From assembly GCA_964372275.1 (NCBI GenBank), contig CAYJRR010000011.1, forward strand, positions 1 to 51,887: a DNA stretch of 51,887 nt. The letters are read 5' to 3'. Source of the stretch: an uncultured bacterium (GTDB lineage Bacteria; CAYJRR01). The notes beneath the pieces were generated by a model. It made no database searches. It was given only the letters and a program-made list of their open reading frames with translations, and was not told the origin of the DNA. The translations under genes and the position numbers were made by a program. Positions 40,987-49,966 of the stretch are shown piece after piece (the first letter of the stretch is position 1; each line of letters opens with the position of its first letter).

Positions 40987-41976
40987 ATGCCGGAGAAGCG
41001 TCGAGCCGCTGCTGCGAAGTCGCCTGCGAAACCGCGGCGGAGGCGCAAAGGGGTCGCGGAGCCGGGGTCGCGCGGGTTGCCGGCGGCGGAGCTGGGGGAG
41101 GGGGGGCGGCCGGCGGAGGTGGCGGCGCTCGAGCGGGCGATCGTCGACGACGGCGGGAGTGTGCTCGCGACCTACCGGGAGCCGTTGGGCGGGCACTGGA
41201 GCGTGCTGGCGGGGCTGCCGATCGACAAGGTGGCGCCGACACCGTTCCAGCGGGATCTCTCCGAAGCGCACGCCAAGCGGCTGACCGACGTGATCGAGAA
41301 GATCGGGCGATACCTCGATCCGGTGATCGTCGTCCGCGCCGACGGCGGCCGCTACTGGACCCCGAACGGGAACCACCGGCTGGCGGCGATGCGCAACCTC
41401 GGCGGGCGGTCGATCGTGGCGTTGGTGCTGCCGGAGGCGAAGATCGCCTATCAGATCCTCGCCTTGAACACGGAAAAGGCGCACAACCTCCGGGAGAAGG
41501 CGCTCGAGGTGGTGCGGATGGCCCGCGATCTGGCCGGGCGAGAGCGGCAGCCCGAGTCGGCGTTCGCGCTCGAGTTCGAGGAGCCGGCCTTCCTCACGCT
41601 TGGGCTCTGCTACGAGAGGCGCGGCCGGTTCTCGGGCGGGGCCTACAATCCGATCCTGAAGCGGGTCGACGGCTTCCTCGACCTCGAGCTCGCCAAGGCG
41701 CTTCACGTCCGCGAGGAGCGGGCGGACGCGGTCCTGGCGCTCGACGACCAGGTCTCCAAGGCGGTGGAGGCGCTCAAGGCGAAGGGGTTCCAGAGCCCCT
41801 ACCTGCGCGCCTTCGTCGTCTCGCGGATCAACTACCTGCGGTTCGTGAAGGGGCCGATGCCGTCGTTCGACGAGGCGATCGCCAAGATGACCGCCTCCGC
41901 ATCCCGCTTCGATCCGGGAAAGGTCCGCGCCGACCAGGTCGCCCAGGCCGCAGGCCCGCCCGAAGCCGCCGAGTAG
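40987..41976 (+). CDS. ParB/Srx N-terminal domain protein with no adjacent parA
   Basis: PTPFQRD, LDPVIV, WTPNGNHRLAA, LALNTEK. Confidence 0.8.
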   Translation: MPEKRRAAAAKSPAKPRRRRKGVAEPGSRGLPAAELGEGGRPAEVAALERAIVDDGGSVLATYREPLGGHWSVLAGLPIDKVAPTPFQRDLSEAHAKRLTDVIEKIGRYLDPVIVVRADGGRYWTPNGNHRLAAMRNLGGRSIVALVLPEAKIAYQILALNTEKAHNLREKALEVVRMARDLAGRERQPESAFALEFEEPAFLTLGLCYERRGRFSGGAYNPILKRVDGFLDLELAKALHVREERADAVLALDDQVSKAVEALKAKGFQSPYLRAFVVSRINYLRFVKGPMPSFDEAIAKMTASASRFDPGKVRADQVAQAAGPPEAAE

Positions 41977-41980
41977 CGGT

Positions 41981-42628
41981 CTACCGGGACACGCCGTTGC
42001 GGCCGACGCCGTTGCGTCGCGCGGCGTCGATCGCTTCGTCGGAGTCCGCCGCGTGCGGCGTGGTGTGGGCGCTCATCGGCACGTTGCTGCCGACCGGGAC
42101 GGTCAACGGGCCGTCGAGCCCACCGCGGGGCGTGGCGTTGCCGGCGCCACCGGGGTTGGTTCCGGCGAGGCCGCTTCCGCTGCGGCCGCCGCCGCCCCAT
42201 CCGCCGAATCCTCCGAATCCCCCGAGACCGCCGTAACCGAAGCCGCCGAAGCCGAACAGCGACTGCAGCGCCCCCCAGCCGTCGCCGTTCCAGAGCTTCT
42301 TGAAGGCGTCGACCAGGATCTTGCCCATCGCAAGGATGCCGCCCACCGCCGCGACGATCCCCGCGACCTTGCCGAGGCCGTTCAGGAACCCCTTGAAGCC
42401 GGAGCCGAGCCCGCCGACGCCGGCGGTCGCCGCGCCGGTCGCGCCCCCCACCACGCCGCCGGTGTTCGACGTCGGGTTCCGGGTCGGGACGTTGACGCTC
42501 GTTCCCCGATTGTTCGGATTGCGCAGCTGGCGTGCCTGCACCGCCGGGCTGGCAAGGAGCGCCGTTGCGATCGCGACGACCAAGGTTCCCTCGGACGCAG
42601 TACGGGCAAGGCGAGAGAGGAGGGTCAT
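41981..42628 (-). CDS. Hypothetical Gly-rich exported protein
   Basis: ATG 42628 lies downstream of a sigma54 motif; signal peptide ending PAVQA; amphipathic then hydrophobic helices; GGF repeats; ends RNGVSR. Confidence 0.7.
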   Translation of the reverse strand: MTLLSRLARTASEGTLVVAIATALLASPAVQARQLRNPNNRGTSVNVPTRNPTSNTGGVVGGATGAATAGVGGLGSGFKGFLNGLGKVAGIVAAVGGILAMGKILVDAFKKLWNGDGWGALQSLFGFGGFGYGGLGGFGGFGGWGGGGRSGSGLAGTNPGGAGNATPRGGLDGPLTVPVGSNVPMSAHTTPHAADSDEAIDAARRNGVGRNGVSR

Positions 42629-42641
42629 GGAGGATCCATCG

Positions 42642-42657
42642 AGCAACCGATGTGCCA
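42642..42657 (-). promoter_or_regulatory. Sigma54 (-24/-12) promoter
   Basis: Minus strand TGGCACATCGGTTGCT, a perfect TGGCAC-N5-TTGCW. Confidence 0.75.
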
Positions 42658-42809
42658 CCCGGGAAATCCGCCGATTCCTGAGCGAAGACGCGGCGGTGAT
42701 CCCGATGGAACGGCCGATGGGATTTGCGTTCCCGGGGGCCGGTCCCCCCGTGCGTGCGGATCCGCACGCCCCAAGCGGGCCTCTCTCGGGGGCCCTGATC
42801 GTCCGGCTA

Positions 42810-43196
42810 TCAGCGGCCGCTACGCGCGATCCACTCCTCGATCGCGGCGCGGTCGGCGTCGCTGATCTTCTCGAAGCGGATCCCGTTCCCCGATACCGAC
42901 CGTGCCCCGTCCAGCCGCGTGACGACGATCCCTTCGGCCCGGATCGAGCGGGAGGTCGGAAGCGTCAGCTCCAGCTGGAGGACCTTCCCCACCGGCAGCT
43001 GCAGCCCCTTCTCCAGGAACAGCCCCCCGGGGGAGAGGTTCTGCACGTGGTGGTAGTAGATGCCGTTGCCGTCCTCTTCGACGGCCCACAGCGATACCGG
43101 TATGCGGGCCAAAAGGCGGCGTGGCCCGTGCCGTCGCTCCACCGGAACGCGCTCCTTGGTCCCGGTCGACTCCGATCTTTTTCGTCGATCGCCCAC
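42810..43196 (-). CDS. PilZ-domain protein
   Basis: RxxxR (RHGPR) and NLSPGG motifs, GIRF, C-terminal helix. Confidence 0.88.
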   Translation of the reverse strand: MGDRRKRSESTGTKERVPVERRHGPRRLLARIPVSLWAVEEDGNGIYYHHVQNLSPGGLFLEKGLQLPVGKVLQLELTLPTSRSIRAEGIVVTRLDGARSVSGNGIRFEKISDADRAAIEEWIARSGR

Positions 43197-43250
43197 CGAA
43201 TCGTCCCGCGCTTCGCGCTCGGTCGGGAGCTTCCCGAACCCCTTGAGATT

Positions 43251-44147
43251 CTACTCCGGTTCGCCCGACCCTTTCTCTTTTCCCACCTTGCGCGGCCGGA
43301 CGCGGACGTAGATCCCCTCCTCCTCGAAGATCTTGCGGATCTCCAGCAGGAGGAAATCGGGATCGAGCTTCTCCCCTTTGGCGAACAGCGCCTCGAGTCT
43401 CTTGGAGATCCGTTCCAGGTGATCCAGCGTGCCCGGGAGCCGCTGCACCGTCGGTTGGAGTCCGTCGATCGTCTTCCCCGCCTTCGCCGTCAGCTCGTCG
43501 AGGCGCGCGAGGAGCGGCTTGATCTGGCTCGACGCATCGCCCGAGACCGCCGCCAGCTTGGCGAGCGAGGTCGCCACCAGGTGGAGGTCCTGCGCCAGCT
43601 CGCGGAACGCCGCCGGCGCCGAGGCCTTCCCCTTCTCGGACGAGAGGGCGACCGCGAGCCCGTGGGCGATCGCCCGCAAGTCCTCCGGGTCGACCGCTTC
43701 GGCCGCGCGCGCGAGCACGCCCGTCAGGCGGTCGATGTCGGCCGAGGGAAGGGTGCGGATCTCGGCCCCCACCGCGAGCGGGCCGGCCTCGGCCGAGCCG
43801 GGGTCGATCTCGACGAACCGCTCACCGAGCAGACTCTTGGCGCGGACGAAGGCGGTGGCGTCGGCGTGGATCGCGAGGTCGGGCCGCACGCGGGCGACGA
43901 TCTTCGCGATGCCGTCTTCGACCTCGATCGTCGAGATCGCCCCGATCTTCACCCCGGCCACCGCGATCGGCGTCGTCTCCACCAGCCCGTTCGCGTCGGC
44001 CAGCCGCATCGTGACTTCGCGGCCGCCGCGGAAGCTCCCGACCGAGCCGATTCGCGCCGCCATGTACCCCAGCAGGACGACGGCGGCGAGGAACATCGCC
44101 CCGACGACCACGTCTCGCGCGAAGTTCTTGGGGCGTGCCGTCGTCAT
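43251..44147 (-). CDS. mlaD: MCE/MlaD family protein with helical extension
   Basis: N-terminal TM, ANGL...AGVKIG, SLLGERFVEIDPG, coiled-coil tail. Confidence 0.88.
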   Translation of the reverse strand: MTTARPKNFARDVVVGAMFLAAVVLLGYMAARIGSVGSFRGGREVTMRLADANGLVETTPIAVAGVKIGAISTIEVEDGIAKIVARVRPDLAIHADATAFVRAKSLLGERFVEIDPGSAEAGPLAVGAEIRTLPSADIDRLTGVLARAAEAVDPEDLRAIAHGLAVALSSEKGKASAPAAFRELAQDLHLVATSLAKLAAVSGDASSQIKPLLARLDELTAKAGKTIDGLQPTVQRLPGTLDHLERISKRLEALFAKGEKLDPDFLLLEIRKIFEEEGIYVRVRPRKVGKEKGSGEPE

Positions 44148-44167
44148 CGTCGTTCGCTCGCGTCGTT

Positions 44168-44932
44168 TTACACGATCTGGATCGGGCCGTCGCTCTTTCG
44201 GTCGAGGAACTGCCGCACCACCGGATCGGCGCTGCGGAGCACTTGCTCCTTCGGCCCGAACTCCACCAGCCGTCCGCGGAACAGCATCCCGACGTGATCG
44301 GCGATCTTGGTGGTCGACGCCAGGTCGTGGCTGATCACCAGGAAGGTACGGGGCTTGGCGGCCTGCATCTGCAGGATCAGGTCGTCGATCGTCGAGGCGG
44401 TGACCGGATCGAGGCCGCTGGAGGGCTCGTCGAAGAAGACGACGTCCGGATCGAGCGCGATGGCGCGCGCCAGGCCCACCCGCTTGCGCATCCCGCCCGA
44501 CAGCTCCGACGGGAACTTCGCGCCGGCCTGGGCCAGTCCCACCGAGCGGAGGCGGTCCTCCACCGCGATCGCGATCTCCCGCTCCGACCACCGGGTGTGC
44601 CGCCGCATCGGGAAGGCGACGTTCTCGGCGACCGACATCGAGTCGAACAGCGCCGCGTCCTGGAACAGCATCCCGAAGTGGCGGCGGGCGGCGAACAGCT
44701 CCTCGCGCGTGCAGTGCGTGACGTCGACCGTCTTGCCGTCGACGTGGACCAGGACCTGCCCGGCATCCGGTTCGGTGAGCCCCACGATCGTCTTGAGCAG
44801 CACGCTCTTTCCCGTGCCGCTCGGACCCAAGATCACCGTCGTCTTCCCGTTCGGGATCACGAGATCGATCGCTTCGAGGACGGGGATTCCGCCGTAGGCC
44901 TTCGAGACCCCTTTGACGTGGATGCCGGTCAT
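44168..44932 (-). CDS. mlaF: MlaF-type ABC ATPase
   Basis: GPSGTGKS, LFQDAALFDSM, ELSGGMRKRVGLARA, DEPSSGLDP, SHD. Confidence 0.92.
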   Translation of the reverse strand: MTGIHVKGVSKAYGGIPVLEAIDLVIPNGKTTVILGPSGTGKSVLLKTIVGLTEPDAGQVLVHVDGKTVDVTHCTREELFAARRHFGMLFQDAALFDSMSVAENVAFPMRRHTRWSEREIAIAVEDRLRSVGLAQAGAKFPSELSGGMRKRVGLARAIALDPDVVFFDEPSSGLDPVTASTIDDLILQMQAAKPRTFLVISHDLASTTKIADHVGMLFRGRLVEFGPKEQVLRSADPVVRQFLDRKSDGPIQIV

Positions 44933-45681
44933 GCCGGGTAGAGGAGGAAGGTGAGCACGACGTTCAACAGCAGGCAGAGGAGCACCTCGATCACGATGGC
45001 GCGATTGGTCGCCGCGCCCACCCCTTCCGGTCCGGGGCCGGCGGTCAGGCCCTGCCAGCAGGAGGTCGACCAGATCACGATCGCGAAGACGAGCGACTTC
45101 AAAAGGCCTTTGTACAGATCGCTCGGGCCGAGGTAGGTCTCGACGTTGGCCAGGAAGTAGGCCGGCTCGACGCCGAGCTGGTAGATGGCGACGACCCCGG
45201 CGGCCACGACCGTCAGGTAGTCGGCAAAGACGGTCAGCACCGGCAGCGCGATCAGGCTCCCCAAGAGCTTCGGCGCGACCAGCCGCTCGATCGGGTCGAC
45301 CGCCATCACCTCCAACGCGTCGATCTGCTGGCTGTTCTTCATCGCCGCCAGGTCGCTGGTGATCGCGGCGCCGGCCTTCCCGGCGATCATGGCGGAGGCG
45401 ATGATCGGCGCCAGCTCGCGGACGCCGGCGAGCGCCACGAACAGCCCCACCATGTCCTGGGCGCCGAACTGGCGGAAGGTCTGGTAGCCCTGCACCGCGA
45501 GGACCGTCCCGGCGAAGATGGCGGTGACGGCGACGACCGGAAAGGAGGTGGCGCCGATCGTCCAGACCTCGGCGAGCACCAGCCTCGGCTCGCGCAAGAC
45601 ACGGGGGCTGCGCCGCGCCGAGCTCCACGCGAAGCGCACCGCGCGCCCGAGCTCGGCCACCGGCGCCACGGCGGAGGTCAC
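44929..45681 (-). CDS. mlaE: MlaE-family permease (second copy)
   Basis: RELAP, QIDALEVM, GPEGVGAAT; GTGA overlap with the first mlaE. Confidence 0.9.
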   Translation of the reverse strand: MTSAVAPVAELGRAVRFAWSSARRSPRVLREPRLVLAEVWTIGATSFPVVAVTAIFAGTVLAVQGYQTFRQFGAQDMVGLFVALAGVRELAPIIASAMIAGKAGAAITSDLAAMKNSQQIDALEVMAVDPIERLVAPKLLGSLIALPVLTVFADYLTVVAAGVVAIYQLGVEPAYFLANVETYLGPSDLYKGLLKSLVFAIVIWSTSCWQGLTAGPGPEGVGAATNRAIVIEVLLCLLLNVVLTFLLYPA

Positions 45682-46427
45682 GAGGCGGCTCCGAAGATGG
45701 CCGAGGTCAGGATGTAGTTGCAGACGACGATCCCCACAATCGCGGTGACGACGGCGCGGTTGGCGGCCATCCCCACGCCGCGCGCGCCGCGTCCGCAGTG
45801 GTAGCCGTGGTAGGTGGCAACGATCCCGGTGAGAAGCCCGTAGGAGAGGCTCTTCACCACCCCGGCGAACAGATCGGCCATCGTCAGGAAGCTGAACATG
45901 TTCTCCCGGAAGACGCCGTGGGACACCCCTCCGAGCGTGGTCACGATCCCCCAGGCGACGAGGATTCCGAACAGCGCCGAGAGGACGGTCAGGACCGGGG
46001 CGGACAGCGCGAGCGCCACGACGCGGGGGACGACGTGGAAGCGGAGGCCGTCGACCGACATCACTTCGGTGGCGTCGAGCTCCTCCTTCACCCGCATCAC
46101 CGCCAGCTCGGCGGCGACGCTCGAGCCGGCCTGGGCGGCGAGCATCAACGCGGCGAAGGTCGGCGCCGCTTCGCGCAGGATCGCCACCACCACCAGCGAG
46201 GGGAGCATCGGCTGCGTGCCGAAGATGCGGAAGATGTTCATCCCCTGCAGCGCCACGACGGCGGCGAAGGCGCAGACGATCACCACCACCGGGACGAAGC
46301 TGCGTCGGCAGGTGAGGGAGACGTGCCGGAACCACTCGCGCACGAAGCGGGGCCGAGTGCCGGCGAGACCGGAAAGCCGTCCCGCGAAGAGCGTGACGCG
46401 TCCCGCCGAGCCGAGGATCTCCAGCAC
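45678..46427 (-). CDS. mlaE: MlaE-family permease (first copy)
   Basis: REAAP, AELAVMRVKEELDA, VVPR, GARGVG. Confidence 0.9.
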   Translation of the reverse strand: MLEILGSAGRVTLFAGRLSGLAGTRPRFVREWFRHVSLTCRRSFVPVVVIVCAFAAVVALQGMNIFRIFGTQPMLPSLVVVAILREAAPTFAALMLAAQAGSSVAAELAVMRVKEELDATEVMSVDGLRFHVVPRVVALALSAPVLTVLSALFGILVAWGIVTTLGGVSHGVFRENMFSFLTMADLFAGVVKSLSYGLLTGIVATYHGYHCGRGARGVGMAANRAVVTAIVGIVVCNYILTSAIFGAAS

Positions 46428-46445
46428 GGGGGCAAGTGTATACGG

Positions 46446-47837
46446 TCACGCGCCGAAGAGGACGACCGGGGCGCTCTTGCCTTTGAGAGCCTGGGGGCCG
46501 AGGTCGCGAAGCCGGGCGCGGAGGTCGGGGGCTGCGTGGGCGACCACGGCCTCGCTCGCGGCCACGGTCACGCCGAGCGCCTTGGTCGCCGATTCGACGC
46601 GCGAGGCGACGTTCACGGCGTCGCCGATCACGGTGTGCTCGAGCCGGTCGGCGGAACCGATGTTTCCGGCGATCACCTCGCCATGGTGCAGACCGATCCC
46701 GACCGCCAGGTCCGGGGACCCGTCGGCCGAGGCGGATCGGGTGGCCAATTCGTCGCGGATCTCCAGGGCGGCGCGCAGTCCGGCGCTGCGCGGGTCGGGG
46801 GAGCCGTCGAGCCCGAAGACCGCCATTGCGGCGTCTCCGATGAATTTGTCGAGCTCCCCGCCGTGTCGCCGCACCGCCGCGACCACCCGCGAGAAGTAGT
46901 CGTTCAGGAAGGCGACCACCTGCTCCGGCGGCAGGCGCTCGGAGATCGAGGTGTAGTTCGGGACGTCGGTGAACAGGACGGTGACCTCGATCCGCTCGCC
47001 GCCGAGCTTCGCGCCGCGCGCTCGGATGCGGCGCGCCGTCTCCGGGCTGAAGAACTTCCCGAAGGTCTGGCGGTCGGCCTCGCGCTCGCGCAGCCCCGCA
47101 ATCATCTCGTTCGTCCCTTCGGCGATCTTGCGGAACTCGTCCTGGGAAAGGAGGGGCACGGCGACGTCGAACCGTCCGGCACGGACCCGGTCGAGGACGC
47201 GGGCCTCCTGGTCGAAAAGGGTGGAAAACAGGCGGCGGTACTCGCGCGCCACGGCGGCGACGGCGAAATGGACGAGCCCGCCGACGATCAGGAAACAGTG
47301 CCAGGGATCGGCGCCCAGACCCGCGGAGAACAGGAGCACGACGACCAGAGTCGTGCCGAGCGTCGAGGCGACGGCGAAGTCGAGCAGCCGCCGGGCGATC
47401 CCGAGGAAGCGGATCGATGGAGCGGACCGACCCTCGGCCAGCAGCCGCTCGGTCCATTCGTTCTCCTCGCGCAGCGACGTCCAGCACGAGCCGAAGTAGC
47501 CCGCGGTGAGCGCACCGCCGATCAGGAGCAGGCCGCTTCGCAGCGCGTGCGCCACCGGCAGGCGCCACACCGCGATCTCCCAGAGGACGGCGAACGCGAT
47601 CGGCGTCGTCCACAGGAGGAAGCTCGGCAACCACCGCTCGGAGGGGGTTGCGCTCGGCCGGGCACGGCGAAGGAACGCCTCGATCGCGAGAGCCAGCGCG
47701 AAGCCTGCGGCGAGCAGCGACGCGAACGGGCCGGCGCCGCGACCGTTCATGATCGGGCAGACCAGCACGCCGAAGGCGGTCAGGGGGGACAGCGCGAGCG
47801 CGTAGACGGATGCCGTGCGTAGCACGTCGCGTTTCAC
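46446..47837 (-). CDS. Membrane class III adenylate cyclase with HAMP-like linker
   Basis: About six TM helices; LFTDV, DKFIGD, GIGLHHG, HTVIGDAVNVASR (Lys/Thr specifiers suggest ATP). Start GTG 47837 inferred from TAGAAT 8 nt upstream. Confidence 0.88.
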   Translation of the reverse strand: MKRDVLRTASVYALALSPLTAFGVLVCPIMNGRGAGPFASLLAAGFALALAIEAFLRRARPSATPSERWLPSFLLWTTPIAFAVLWEIAVWRLPVAHALRSGLLLIGGALTAGYFGSCWTSLREENEWTERLLAEGRSAPSIRFLGIARRLLDFAVASTLGTTLVVVLLFSAGLGADPWHCFLIVGGLVHFAVAAVAREYRRLFSTLFDQEARVLDRVRAGRFDVAVPLLSQDEFRKIAEGTNEMIAGLREREADRQTFGKFFSPETARRIRARGAKLGGERIEVTVLFTDVPNYTSISERLPPEQVVAFLNDYFSRVVAAVRRHGGELDKFIGDAAMAVFGLDGSPDPRSAGLRAALEIRDELATRSASADGSPDLAVGIGLHHGEVIAGNIGSADRLEHTVIGDAVNVASRVESATKALGVTVAASEAVVAHAAPDLRARLRDLGPQALKGKSAPVVLFGA

Positions 47838-47913
47838 GACGGTCGATTCTATCCTGCCTTGCGCCCGCCGCGCGGACGGGGTATCCCCACCCGCAATCCC
47901 GAAAGGATCGATC

Positions 47914-49098
47914 ATGGTTGCGCGAGAGGTCGTGCTGGCGTCGGCGGTCCGGACCCCCATCGGCTCCTTCCAGGGAGCGCTCGCCGAGCTGGTCGCGCCG
48001 CGTCTCGGCGCGGTGGCGATCGCCGAGGCGGTGAAGCGCGCGGGGTTGAAGAGCGACGACGTCGACGAGGTGATCTTCGGCTGCGTGCTGCCGGCGGCCG
48101 TGGGTCAGGCGCCGGCCCGCCAGGCGTCGATCTACGCCGGCCTTCCGCAGAAGGTTCCGTGCACGACGGTGAACAAGGTGTGCGGCTCGGGGATGAAGGC
48201 GGTGATGCTGGCGGCCCAGGCGGTCGCCTCCGGCGATGCCGAGGTGGTGGTGGCGGGCGGGATGGAGAGCATGTCGAACGCCCCCTACTACCTGGCCAAG
48301 GCGCGCGGCGGCTACCGCCTCGGCCACGGACAGCTCCTCGACGGAGTGGTGCTCGACGGCTTGTGGGACGTCTACAACGACTTCCACATGGGAAACGCCG
48401 CGGAGCTGTGCGCGCGCGAGCTTTCGATCAGCCGCGCGGCGCAGGACGAGTACGCGCGGATGAGCTACGAGCGGGCGCGCAAGGCGGCCGCCGACGGGAA
48501 GTTCTCGAACGAGATCGTCGCGGTGGAGATCCCGCAGAAGAAGGGGCCGCCGATCAAGGTCACGGTCGACGAGGAGCCGGACCGTTCCGACCTCGGGAAG
48601 ATGGGCTCCTTGAAGCCGGCGTTCCAGACGGAGGCGGGGACGGTGACCGCCGCCAACGCCTCCAAGATCAACGACGGGGCGGCGGCGCTGGTGGTGATGT
48701 CGGCCGCCGAGGCGGAGCGGCGCAGGATCGATCCGCTGGCGAAGATCCGCGGCTTCGCCCAGGCGGCCCAGGCTCCGGAATGGTTCACGATCGCGCCGGT
48801 GGTGGCGGTGCAGGCGGTGCTCAAGAAGACCAACCTGCGCAAGGATCTCGTCGACCTGTGGGAGATCAACGAGGCGTTCGCGGTCGTGGCGCTGGCGTGC
48901 GCCGAGCGGCTGGGGATCGACACCCGGAAGATCAACGTGAACGGCGGGGCGGTGGCGCTCGGGCATCCGATCGGGGCGTCGGGGGCGCGGATCCTGACCA
49001 CGCTGGCGCACGCCATGGTCGACCGGAACGCCAAGACCGGGTGCGCCGCGATCTGCATCGGCGGCGGCGAGGCGACGGCGATGGTGCTGGAGCGTTAG
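47914..49098 (+). CDS. atoB: Acetyl-CoA C-acetyltransferase (thiolase)
   Basis: RTPIG, NKVCGSG, GGMESMS, NEAF, GHPIGASG, CIGGG. Confidence 0.95.
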   Translation: MVAREVVLASAVRTPIGSFQGALAELVAPRLGAVAIAEAVKRAGLKSDDVDEVIFGCVLPAAVGQAPARQASIYAGLPQKVPCTTVNKVCGSGMKAVMLAAQAVASGDAEVVVAGGMESMSNAPYYLAKARGGYRLGHGQLLDGVVLDGLWDVYNDFHMGNAAELCARELSISRAAQDEYARMSYERARKAAADGKFSNEIVAVEIPQKKGPPIKVTVDEEPDRSDLGKMGSLKPAFQTEAGTVTAANASKINDGAAALVVMSAAEAERRRIDPLAKIRGFAQAAQAPEWFTIAPVVAVQAVLKKTNLRKDLVDLWEINEAFAVVALACAERLGIDTRKINVNGGAVALGHPIGASGARILTTLAHAMVDRNAKTGCAAICIGGGEATAMVLER

Positions 49099-49108
49099 GA
49101 GCCTGACG

Positions 49109-49966
49109 ATGACGATCGGGGTGGTCGGAGCGGGGCAGATGGGGGGCGGGATCGCGCAGGTGGCGGCCGCCGCCGGGATCGACGTGATCCTCCACGACGT
49201 GACGGTAGAGCGGGCGGAGAAAGGCCTCGCGGCGATCCAGGAGCGGGTGCGGAAGCTCGCGGCGAAGGGGAAGATCACCCCGGAGGAGGCGGTCGCGATC
49301 CCGCGGAGGATCCGTCCGACGGCGGCGCTGGACGGGCTGGCCGCCGCCGAGTTCGTGATCGAGGCGGCGACCGAGAACGTGGAGCTCAAAGTCGACCTGT
49401 TCCGCAAGATCGACGCCCTCCTGCCGCCCGGCGCGATCCTCGCCTCCAACACCTCGTCGATCTCCATCACCCGTCTCGCCGGCGCGACGAAGCGCCCGAC
49501 CCAGGTGATCGGGATGCACTTCATGAACCCGGTTCCGGTAATGAAGCTGGTGGAGGTGATCCGCGGTCTGCCCACCACCGACGACACCTACCGGGCGACG
49601 GCCGCGCTCGCGGCGAAGATGGGGAAGGAGATCGTCACCTCCAAGGATGCGCCGGGGTTCATCGTCAACCGTGTGCTGATGCCGCTGATCAACGAGGCGT
49701 TCTTCGCGCTCCACGAGGGGGTCGCGTCGGCGAAGGAGATCGACCAGGCGATGGTGATGGGGACGAACCAGCCGATGGGTCCGCTGGCGCTGGCCGACTT
49801 CATCGGGCTCGACACCACGCTCGCCATCCTCGAGGTGCTGCACCGCGAGATCGGCGATCCGAAGTTCCGGCCCTGCCCGTTGCTTCGCAAGCACGTCGAG
49901 GCGGGCTGGCTCGGGAAGAAGACCGGGCGCGGGGTCTACTCCTACGACGCGGCGGGGGCGGCGTGA
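49109..49966 (+). CDS. hbd: 3-hydroxybutyryl-CoA dehydrogenase
   Basis: GAGQMGGGIA, SNTSS, GMHFMNP, PGFIVNR, PMGPL, DFIGLD. Confidence 0.93.
   Translation: MTIGVVGAGQMGGGIAQVAAAAGIDVILHDVTVERAEKGLAAIQERVRKLAAKGKITPEEAVAIPRRIRPTAALDGLAAAEFVIEAATENVELKVDLFRKIDALLPPGAILASNTSSISITRLAGATKRPTQVIGMHFMNPVPVMKLVEVIRGLPTTDDTYRATAALAAKMGKEIVTSKDAPGFIVNRVLMPLINEAFFALHEGVASAKEIDQAMVMGTNQPMGPLALADFIGLDTTLAILEVLHREIGDPKFRPCPLLRKHVEAGWLGKKTGRGVYSYDAAGAA

Noticed and set aside
38098-41976. HNH plus ParB-like genes as an anti-phage defence system
   Set aside because: The HNH is fragmented, two unrelated lipoprotein genes lie between them, and no ATPase, methylase or other defence partner is present.
18149-49587. 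Very long Arg/Gly/Pro-rich alternative-frame ORFs (18149-21625, 26896-30045, 33467-36658, most of 44929-49587)
   Set aside because: Stop-poor frames expected in very GC-rich DNA, overlapping well-supported genes; only the last ~250 aa of 44929-49587 (MlaE) is real.
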